Source of the DNA: Myxococcota bacterium
GTDB lineage: Bacteria; Myxococcota_A; UBA9160; UBA6930
Direction: 5' to 3'
Length of the DNA stretch: 64,000 bases
Assembly (NCBI GenBank): GCA_965223415.1
Contig: OZ245002.1
Location: 4,800,001 to 4,864,000, forward strand
Under the pieces are notes generated by a model. That model was not told where the DNA came from. It worked only from the letters and a program-made list of their open reading frames with translations, and did no database searches. Of this stretch, positions 45,676-53,501 are shown one piece after another (position 1 is the stretch's first letter; each line of letters starts with the position of its first letter). The position numbers and the translations under genes are program-made.

Positions 45676-45686
45676 GAACGTCCTTC

Positions 45687-47540
45687 GTGAGCCCGCCGCC
45701 CCGAGAGCGCAGCCCCGCGTGGGCGTTGGCCCTGGCCGCCCTGTGGCCGGCCGCCTGGATCGGCGTCGGCGACGTGTGGGGACACGGCCGCGCACTCCCA
45801 GCCGGCGATGCGGCCCTCGCCGTCGCGCTCTGGTCGGGCTTCGCGCTGCCCGCGGCGCTCGTGGCCGGGCTCGTGGGTCGGGCGCTCGGCAGCGGCGTTC
45901 GCGGACAGGCCTTCGCGGCACGGCTGGTCGGCGTGGGCTGGGCCGCCGCGGCAGTGCTCGCCCTCGCCCGGGGCTGGCTCACACCCGCCGGTGCGGTCCC
46001 CCTCGCGCTCCTCGGCGTGCTGGTGGGCGGTGCGGCGCGCATGGCGCGCCTCGCGCCGCTCCTGGCCGGGGGCCTGCTGGCGGCGCCGGTCCTCGCCGCC
46101 TTCGCCGGCGGCGCCGCCACGCGCGCTCCCGCGCCGGACGTCGGCGCACCGCAGCCCGAGCCGCGCCACGTCGTGCTGATCGTGCTGGATACCCAGCGCG
46201 CCGATCACCTGGGCGCCTACGGCCATCCCGGTGGGATCTCACCGGCCTTCGACGCCGCGGCCGCCGACGCGCGGCTCTACCGGAGCTGCTTCGCGCCGGC
46301 GTCCTGGACCGTGCCGTCCCATGCCTCGCTCTTCACCGGGCTCTACCCGCGGAGCCACGGAACCCACTTCGATCAGCACCGCTGGCTCGACGACCGCTTC
46401 GAGACCCTGGCCGAGGGCCTCACCGCCGCCGGCTACCGCACCCTCGGCCTCGCGGCGAACCACCACGTGGCGCTCGCGAACCTCGCCCAGGGCTTCGCCC
46501 GCTACGAAAGCCTGGGCATGCCGCGGGGCCTGCGGCTGCGCCAGCCGCTGCAGCTTCTGGGCGGGCCCGCTCGCTGGATCGACGAAGGCGCCAGCGAGGC
46601 GGCGGAACGGGTCGAGGCCATTCTCGGAAAGGACCCTCAAGTCTCCGTCCCGACGTTCCTTTTCGTGAACCTGCTGGAGCCCCACTGGCGCTACCTGCCG
46701 CCCGCTGCCGAGCGCCGCCGCGGCCTGCCTGCCGGCCTCGACGCCTGGACGGCGACGCGCCTCGTCTCGGGCTTCTTCGGGCCGTTGGCCTTCGCCCGGG
46801 GCGGGGCCGTCCCGCAGGAGACCGCAGCCGTGCGCGCCTTCTACGCGGCGGAGGTCCGCTACCAGGATGCGCAGCTGGCGAGGCTTCTCGAGGTGATCGA
46901 CCGGCGGCTCGGGCGCGAGCGCACCCTCCTCGTCATCACCTCGGACCACGGCGAGAACCTGGGCGAGGCCGGGCGCTGGGATCACGTGTTCGCCGTGAAC
47001 GATCACCTGATCCACGTTCCCATGCTGGTCCGGGCGCCGGGGGCCGTGGCGCCCGGAGTCGAGAGTGGCCTGTGCCAGCTCCTCGACGTTCCGGCGACGG
47101 TCGCCGCCTGGACCGGCACGGGCCTCGAGACCGGGGCAGGCCACAGCCTCCTCGACGAGGCCTACCCGGGCCGCGAGGCGGTCTTCGCCGAAGGAGACCC
47201 CTTCTACGGCCACCTCGAGCGCATGTCCGTCCACACCGGCCTGGAGCGGGACGTGGCCGGATTCACCGCCCGCCTGGTCGCCGCACGGGACGAGCGCTTC
47301 AAGCTCGTCGTCTCGTCCCGCACCGGAGAGGCCCTCTACGATCTCACCGTGGATCCGGACGAGGAGACCGATGTGGCCACCGCGTTCCCGGAGCAGGTCG
47401 CCCGACTCCGGGAGGCCCTGGCGGCCTGGCGGAAGGACCAGCCGATCTACCGCAGGGAGGCAGCCGGCGAGGCAGCCGGCGCCGGCATGAGCGATGCGGA
47501 GCGGGAGCTCCTGGAAACCCTGGGCTACGTGGAGCCCTGA
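45687..47540 (+). CDS. Membrane-anchored sulfatase / alkaline-phosphatase superfamily protein
   Basis: N-terminal TMs; IVLDTQRADHL, SWTVPSHASLFTG, EPHW, TSDHGE, LYDL..DPDE, LETLGY; alternative start ATG 45627. Confidence 0.82.
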   Translation: MSPPPRERSPAWALALAALWPAAWIGVGDVWGHGRALPAGDAALAVALWSGFALPAALVAGLVGRALGSGVRGQAFAARLVGVGWAAAAVLALARGWLTPAGAVPLALLGVLVGGAARMARLAPLLAGGLLAAPVLAAFAGGAATRAPAPDVGAPQPEPRHVVLIVLDTQRADHLGAYGHPGGISPAFDAAAADARLYRSCFAPASWTVPSHASLFTGLYPRSHGTHFDQHRWLDDRFETLAEGLTAAGYRTLGLAANHHVALANLAQGFARYESLGMPRGLRLRQPLQLLGGPARWIDEGASEAAERVEAILGKDPQVSVPTFLFVNLLEPHWRYLPPAAERRRGLPAGLDAWTATRLVSGFFGPLAFARGGAVPQETAAVRAFYAAEVRYQDAQLARLLEVIDRRLGRERTLLVITSDHGENLGEAGRWDHVFAVNDHLIHVPMLVRAPGAVAPGVESGLCQLLDVPATVAAWTGTGLETGAGHSLLDEAYPGREAVFAEGDPFYGHLERMSVHTGLERDVAGFTARLVAARDERFKLVVSSRTGEALYDLTVDPDEETDVATAFPEQVARLREALAAWRKDQPIYRREAAGEAAGAGMSDAERELLETLGYVEP

Positions 47541-47549
47541 GCGCCGCCC

Positions 47550-47577
47550 TCAGCTCGGGCCGTCGGACGGCCGATGA
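47550..47577 (+). promoter_or_regulatory. Sigma-28-like promoter
   Basis: TCAGC-N15-GCCGATGA upstream of the SGNH-carbamoyltransferase operon. Confidence 0.5.
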
Positions 47578-47623
47578 CACCGACACCCGGGCCGGGGACA
47601 CCCACCCCTCACCGACACGCAGC

Positions 47624-48661
47624 ATGGGTCGAAACCTCTTCGAACATCACCCGATCCTGGGCTACCGCTTCGTGCCCGGTCTTCGGGCACGGGTCCGCCA
47701 CGAGGGCGGCGGCTACCTGGTGCGCTGCAACCGGGCGGGCTTCCGTTGCGATCACGAGACGACCCGGGAGCGGCGGCGGGGCCAGCGACGCGTGCTGCTG
47801 TTCGGCGATTCCTTCACCGCCGGCGAGGGCGTCTCCAACCGCTTCCGCTTCGGCGACCTGCTGGAGCGCCGGGTGCCCGACCTCCAGGTGCTGAACTTCG
47901 GCCTGCCCGGCTCGGGCACGGACCAGCAGTACCTGGCCTTCCGGGAGTTCGCGCGGGATCTCGAGGCGGACGCGCTGCTCCTGTGTCCGATGGTCGAGAA
48001 CGTGCGCCGCAACCTGGACACCCACCGGCTGACCCAGAGCGCCAGTGACGGCCACCTGGTGCTTCGCGCGAAGCCGTACTTCGCCTTCGAGGAGGGAACG
48101 CTGCGGCTCCACCACCAGCCCGTGCCGAAGCAGGTCGTGCCGGAGGCCGAGCTCGACGCCGGCGCGCGAATCTCGAACTGGACGCGCGAGCCGGAGGAGC
48201 CCTCCGAGGCCCGAGCACGCTGGCGGGCCCTCGGCGCCCGGCTCGACGGCTGGCTGCCGGGCGTGCGCGGCCTCTCGCGGAGGCTCCGCGGCGTGCGCTG
48301 GCCCCTCGACTACGAAGATCCGGCGAGCCCTGGCTGGCGGCTGATGGCAGCCATCCTCGAGCGCTGGGTCGGCGAGGCCCAGGCACCCGTGCTGCTGGCG
48401 CCGCTCCCGACCAGCGACCACGTGGCGGGAGACCTGGTCGCCGACGGCATTCGCGCGCGCTTCGGTGAGCTGGCCGCCGCGACCGGCGCCACCTTCGTCG
48501 ACGTGCTGCCGGCCCTGCGCGCCGAGTCCCGCCCGGTGCTGCGGCGCTTCCGCTTCCCGGAGGACGACCATCCGACCCGGCTCGGTCACGGCCTGCTGGC
48601 GGCGGCCCTGACCGATCCCGTAGCGGCGGCGCTCGCGCCCGCCCGCGGAGCGGCGGCATGA
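47624..48661 (+). CDS. SGNH/GDSL-family hydrolase or acyltransferase
   Basis: FGDSFTAG, NFGLPGSG, DDHPT..GH. Confidence 0.8.
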   Translation: MGRNLFEHHPILGYRFVPGLRARVRHEGGGYLVRCNRAGFRCDHETTRERRRGQRRVLLFGDSFTAGEGVSNRFRFGDLLERRVPDLQVLNFGLPGSGTDQQYLAFREFARDLEADALLLCPMVENVRRNLDTHRLTQSASDGHLVLRAKPYFAFEEGTLRLHHQPVPKQVVPEAELDAGARISNWTREPEEPSEARARWRALGARLDGWLPGVRGLSRRLRGVRWPLDYEDPASPGWRLMAAILERWVGEAQAPVLLAPLPTSDHVAGDLVADGIRARFGELAAATGATFVDVLPALRAESRPVLRRFRFPEDDHPTRLGHGLLAAALTDPVAAALAPARGAAA

Positions 48662-50502
48662 GCCAGGGCCCGCTCTACGTCCTGGGCGTCTCCGCCTTCT
48701 ATCACGACGCCGCCGCCGCCCTGGTCTGCGACGGCCAGGTGGTGGCGGCGGCCCAGGAGGAGCGCTTCACGCGCAAGAAGCACGACCCGCGCTTCCCGGT
48801 GAACGCCATCAACGCCTGTCTCGAGACGGCGGAGATCGAAGCGGAGGCGCTCGCGGCGGCGGTCTTCTACGAGAGCCCGCTGCTCTCCCTCGATCGCATC
48901 CTGCGCACGGCCGCCGGCGCCGGCGAGGCCGCCCTCTCCGCGTGGGTCGAAGGCCTGCCCGGCTGGCTCAGGACGAAGCTCCACTTCGAGGGGCTCCTGC
49001 ACGAGGAGCTTGGCCTGGCGGTGCCAGTGCTCTACAGCGAGCACCACGTCTCCCACGCGGCGAGCGCCTTCTACCCCTCGCCCTACGAAGACGCGGCGAT
49101 CCTCTCGATCGACGGCGTCGGGGAGTGGGCCACCACGACCCTCGCCGAGGGCGACGCCACGGGGCTGCGGCTCCACGAGGAGATCCGCTTCCCCCACTCG
49201 CTGGGCCTGCTGTACAGCGCCTTCACCCAGTACTGCGGCTTCCGGGTCAACTCTGGTGAGTACAAGCTGATGGGCCTGGCGCCCTACGGCGAGCCGGTCT
49301 ACGCGGACCGCATCCGGGACGAGCTGATCGATCTCCGGCCCGACGGCTCCTATGCGCTCTCTATGGATCACTTCGCCTACGTCGAGGGCGAGACCATGAC
49401 GAACGAGCGCTTCCACGCGCTCTTCGGCGGGCCGCCCCGCGAGCGAGAATCGCGAATTCGCAAGAAAGACGCGGATTTGGCGGCCTCCATTCAAGTTGTG
49501 ACCGAAGAAGCCGTGCTGCGCATGGCCCGCCACCTGCGGGAGCTCACTGGCCGGAGCCGGCTGGTGATGGCTGGCGGCGTGGCGCTCAACTGCGTGGCCA
49601 ACGGCAAGCTCCTGCGGGAGGGCGTCTTCGACGAGCTGTGGATCCAGCCCGCCGCCGGCGACGCGGGCGGCGCCCTGGGCGCCGCCTACGTGGGGAGCCA
49701 CGTCTACTTCGAGGTGCCGCGGGTGGACGCGCCGGCCCCGGGCCGCGACCGCCAGCGCGGGAGCTACCTGGGCCCGCGCTACAGCAACGACGAGGTGCGC
49801 TCCTTCCTCGACCTCCACGACCTGCCCTACGAGCTGGTGAGCCACGAGGAGCGGTCCGAGCGCACGGCCGCGGCCCTCGCCGAAGGCCAGGTGGTCGGGT
49901 ACATGGTCGGCCCCGCCGAGTTCGGGCCGCGGGCCCTCGGAGCCCGTTCCATCCTCGGCGACCCCCGCAACGCGGACACCCAGTCCGTGATGAACCTGAA
50001 GATCAAGTTCCGGGAGTCGTTCCGGCCCTTCGCGCCCTCGGTGCTGCCCGAGGCCTGCGGCGAGCTGTTCGAGCTCGACGCCGAGAGCCCGTACATGCTC
50101 CTGGTGGCGCCGGTGCGCGAGGAGATCCGGCTCCCCCAGGAGGACGCAGCGGACGGCGACGGCGAGGACCTGATCGCCCAGGTGAACCGCCCCCGCAGCA
50201 GCATCCCGGCGGTGACCCACGTGGACTACAGCGCGCGGATCCAGACCGTCGACGGCGTGGACAAGCCGGACTATCACGCCGTGATCCGCGCGTTCCAGGG
50301 GCTCACCGGGGTCGGCTGCGTGGTGAACACCTCCTTCAACGTGCGAGGCGAACCGATGGTGCTCTCTCCCCGGGACGCCTACACCTGCTTCATGCGTACG
50401 GACATGGACCTGCTGGTGATCGAGAACTTCCTGCTGCGCAAGAGCGAACAGCCGAAATTCGAGGACCGCGCGGACTGGCAGGAGGAGTACGAGCTTGACT
50501 GA
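48658..50502 (+). CDS. Carbamoyltransferase (NodU/CmcH family)
   Basis: HDAAAAL, QEERFTRKKH, HHVSHAAS, GEYKLMGLAPYG, GGVALNC, FRPFAP, NTSFN. Confidence 0.92.
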   Translation: MSQGPLYVLGVSAFYHDAAAALVCDGQVVAAAQEERFTRKKHDPRFPVNAINACLETAEIEAEALAAAVFYESPLLSLDRILRTAAGAGEAALSAWVEGLPGWLRTKLHFEGLLHEELGLAVPVLYSEHHVSHAASAFYPSPYEDAAILSIDGVGEWATTTLAEGDATGLRLHEEIRFPHSLGLLYSAFTQYCGFRVNSGEYKLMGLAPYGEPVYADRIRDELIDLRPDGSYALSMDHFAYVEGETMTNERFHALFGGPPRERESRIRKKDADLAASIQVVTEEAVLRMARHLRELTGRSRLVMAGGVALNCVANGKLLREGVFDELWIQPAAGDAGGALGAAYVGSHVYFEVPRVDAPAPGRDRQRGSYLGPRYSNDEVRSFLDLHDLPYELVSHEERSERTAAALAEGQVVGYMVGPAEFGPRALGARSILGDPRNADTQSVMNLKIKFRESFRPFAPSVLPEACGELFELDAESPYMLLVAPVREEIRLPQEDAADGDGEDLIAQVNRPRSSIPAVTHVDYSARIQTVDGVDKPDYHAVIRAFQGLTGVGCVVNTSFNVRGEPMVLSPRDAYTCFMRTDMDLLVIENFLLRKSEQPKFEDRADWQEEYELD

Positions 50503-50854
50503 CTCGAAGCAGAGGCTCGCCGAGGTCGAGGGCATCGACCCGAAGCAGCGGGACGCCCTCGTCGACTTCTTCCGGCAGCGGGTGGTCGCGCTGGGGAGCG
50601 ACGTGGCGGAGCATCCGCGGCCGCCGGCCGGCGCCGACGACTCGTACTACCACTCCCGAGGCGGCGAGCGGCCGCGGGCCACGTCGATGGAGATCGACCT
50701 CGGCAGCCGCCGCAGCATCGCCCGCGCCCTCGACGGCCACTGGCGGGGCACGCCGCTCGAGGGCCTCGGCAGGGGGCTCCTGCGGCTCGCGCGCCTCTTC
50801 CCGCGTCGCGCGGAGAAGGCCGATGTCTCCTCCGACGTCTACGAAATGTTCTAG
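50495..50854 (+). CDS. Hypothetical protein
   Basis: Overlaps the previous stop, RBS GGAGGAG, fills the operon gap. Confidence 0.55.
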   Translation: MTDSKQRLAEVEGIDPKQRDALVDFFRQRVVALGSDVAEHPRPPAGADDSYYHSRGGERPRATSMEIDLGSRRSIARALDGHWRGTPLEGLGRGLLRLARLFPRRAEKADVSSDVYEMF

Positions 50855-50866
50855 CCGCGGGCGTCC

Positions 50867-52444
50867 GTGAGCTCGCGAACCCAGGACGCGCTGGCCTGTG
50901 GCCTGCTCACCGGCCTCTGGTGGCTGCCGGCCCTGGCCATCGGAATCGCCGGCGAGTTTCCGATCAGCGACGACTGGTCCTACGCCCACACCGTGCAGGT
51001 GCTGCTCGAGACGGGCCGCTTCGAGCGCCCCGCCTGGACGTGGGCGCCCAGCCTGACGAACGTGGCCCTGGGCACCGTGTTCGCCTGGCCCGGCGGCTTC
51101 TCCTACGCGGCGCTGCGGGCGAGCACGCTGTTCGCCGGCTGGCTCGGCGTGCTCGCGACCTACGGCCTCGCCCGGCGCACCGGAGCCGCTGCCGCCGGTG
51201 CGGCCCTCGCCGGCGCATGCCTCGCCGTGAACCCGATCTGCGTGAACCTCGCCTACACCTTCATGACGGACGTGGCCTTCGCCGCGCTCACCACCGGCAG
51301 CCTGCTGGCGATGGCGATCGCGCTGGGCGGCGGCCCGGCCCGGGCGTGGATCGGAGCGGGCGCCCTGGCCCTGGCGGCGGTGCTCTCCCGCCAGCCGGCG
51401 GTCATGCTGCCGGCCGCGGCGGCCGGCGCGCTGCTGCTCCGCCACCGCCACCGGCCCGCCGTCTGGATCGTCACCGGCGCCCTCGCCCTGCTGGGCCTGG
51501 GCGTCTACACGGCGCTCCCGTACCTGTACGGCAGCGGCGACGGCGGCCGGCACATGCGCATCGGCTGGTTCGTGCGCAACACCGTGCTCGCGCCCCACGC
51601 GCCCTACCACGTGGCCCGGGGCCTGCTCACCGCCGCGTCGGTGCTGGGCCTGTCGCTGCTCCCCGTGGCGGTGGCCCTCCGTCTGGATCGACGGGCCTGG
51701 CTCGGCGGCGGCCTCCTGGCGATGGCCCTCGCGGCGGTGGCGTGGATGCTCGGCCTCTCCGCCCCCTTCCACCTGGACGTCCTGCGGGCCGATCTCGGCC
51801 TGGGCGCCATGACCCTGCCGAGCCCGCCGGACGCCCCGGGATGGGCGGGGCCACTCTGGTGGGGGCTCGATGCTCTCGGCTGTGCGGTCATGGGAGCGCT
51901 CGCCTTTCAGGCGGCACTCGCCGGGGGCCGCTTCGCCGGGCGGCCGGACCTCTGGGCCCTGGCCGCGTTCCCGGCCCTGTGCTTGGCCGTGCTCCTCTTC
52001 CAGCATCCCTTCTTCGATCGCTGGGTGCTGGCCTTCGTCCCGCCGCTGGCCGCGATCGCGCTCCACGCCGCGCCCGCCGAGCTGCGGTGCGGGCCGGCGC
52101 TGGCCGGGGTCGCGCTCCTCGCCCTGTGGAGCTGGCTCGGCACCGCCGACGCGATGGACCACCACCGCGCCCGTTGGGAGCTGCTCGCCGAGCTCCAGGC
52201 CACCGGTGTCACGCCGGATCGCGTCGACGGCGGCTTCGAGTTCAACGGCCTCTACAACTTCGCCAAGGACGACCGGGACTGGTCCCGCTTCAAGCCGAAG
52301 CCCGGCTCCCGCTGGGTCGTCGACGACGAGTTCGTCGTGAGCCACGCCCCCACCCTCCCCGGCTACCAGCCCATCGCCGAGCGCAGCTACCCCCGGCGCC
52401 TTCCGCCCGGCAGCCGGACGATCCGCGTCCACCAGCGCCGCTGA
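50867..52444 (+). CDS. GT-C (ArnT/PMT-like) membrane glycosyltransferase
   Basis: FPISDDWSY, TFMTDV, FDRW, DGGFEFNG; multi-TM. Confidence 0.72.
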   Translation: MSSRTQDALACGLLTGLWWLPALAIGIAGEFPISDDWSYAHTVQVLLETGRFERPAWTWAPSLTNVALGTVFAWPGGFSYAALRASTLFAGWLGVLATYGLARRTGAAAAGAALAGACLAVNPICVNLAYTFMTDVAFAALTTGSLLAMAIALGGGPARAWIGAGALALAAVLSRQPAVMLPAAAAGALLLRHRHRPAVWIVTGALALLGLGVYTALPYLYGSGDGGRHMRIGWFVRNTVLAPHAPYHVARGLLTAASVLGLSLLPVAVALRLDRRAWLGGGLLAMALAAVAWMLGLSAPFHLDVLRADLGLGAMTLPSPPDAPGWAGPLWWGLDALGCAVMGALAFQAALAGGRFAGRPDLWALAAFPALCLAVLLFQHPFFDRWVLAFVPPLAAIALHAAPAELRCGPALAGVALLALWSWLGTADAMDHHRARWELLAELQATGVTPDRVDGGFEFNGLYNFAKDDRDWSRFKPKPGSRWVVDDEFVVSHAPTLPGYQPIAERSYPRRLPPGSRTIRVHQRR

Positions 52445-52469
52445 CCCAGCCGTGAGGACACGGCTGCCT

Positions 52470-53501
52470 CTACGGGCGACGGGCGAGCCGGAAGCCCGCG
52501 GCGGCTCCGATCGCCGTGAAGCCCAGGGCGGCCAGGGCAAGGAGCGTCCGGCGGGTCGGGCCGCCGAGTGCCCGTTCGAGCTTCTGGCCGATGCTGAGCT
52601 CTTCCGGAGCGAAGACCTTGCGGAAGCGGTCCGGGGCCTGCTTGCCCGTGGCGAGGGCGGCGGCGGTGCGGATGCGCAGGTCGACCCTGTCGCCGGCGAT
52701 GTCGACCACGACGAAGTTCTCGTGCTGGTAGTTCATGATCCGCGTCGACTCGAAGTTGCGGATCGTGCGGATGTGGGAGAAGCCCTCGACGGCGGACTGG
52801 ACGTAGTCGATGCCGTCGCGCTCGGTGTGGGAGAACTTGAGCGGGCCGAAATCGCCCGCGAAGACGGCGCGCACCGGATGGCCGGCGAGAACGGGGTGCA
52901 CCTCCCGCCACCAGGACGCGTCGGCCTCCCACCACAGCACGTGGTGGACGAAGGCGAACACGTGCCGGGCGTCGTCGTGCTCGGCCAGGGTGTCCCGGAT
53001 CCACTGCAGCTGGGCCGGGGGCAGGCCCTCCGTGCGCACCCAGTTGCGGGGAGAGGGCGTCGGGATCACGTCGTCGTAGTGGGTCGAGTCGAGCAGGAGG
53101 AAGAGGACGTCCCCCCGGCGGAGCGCCGCAGGCCGGGTGCCGTAGCGCTCCTGGAAGACGGCGGCGGTGGTCGGGTCGTTGATGTCGTGGTTGCCGGGCA
53201 CCATGTGAAGCGGCGCGCCGATCGGCGCGAGGGCCGTCTCCAGCGCCTGCCAGTCCCTCACGATGACCTCTCGATCGACCCGCTCGGCGTGGTAGTCCGC
53301 CCAGATCTGGTCGCCCGTGAGGAAGACCAGGTCCGGAGCCTCGGCGGCGACGTCGGCCGCGATCTCCCGGATCCACGGGTTCATCTCCCCGTTCTCGTTG
53401 CCGCGCAGGTGGCCCACGACCGCGAAGCGCAGCGAATCCTCCTGGGCCGGAAGCGACTGGGGCCACAGCAGGGCGAGGAGGAGCGGGATCAGCGCCTTCA
53501 C
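52470..53501 (-). CDS. Secreted calcineurin-like metallophosphoesterase with C-terminal TM anchor
   Basis: Signal peptide, FLTGD, PGNHD, FVHH; C-terminal hydrophobic segment then RLARRP. Confidence 0.78.
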   Translation of the reverse strand: MKALIPLLLALLWPQSLPAQEDSLRFAVVGHLRGNENGEMNPWIREIAADVAAEAPDLVFLTGDQIWADYHAERVDREVIVRDWQALETALAPIGAPLHMVPGNHDINDPTTAAVFQERYGTRPAALRRGDVLFLLLDSTHYDDVIPTPSPRNWVRTEGLPPAQLQWIRDTLAEHDDARHVFAFVHHVLWWEADASWWREVHPVLAGHPVRAVFAGDFGPLKFSHTERDGIDYVQSAVEGFSHIRTIRNFESTRIMNYQHENFVVVDIAGDRVDLRIRTAAALATGKQAPDRFRKVFAPEELSIGQKLERALGGPTRRTLLALAALGFTAIGAAAGFRLARRP

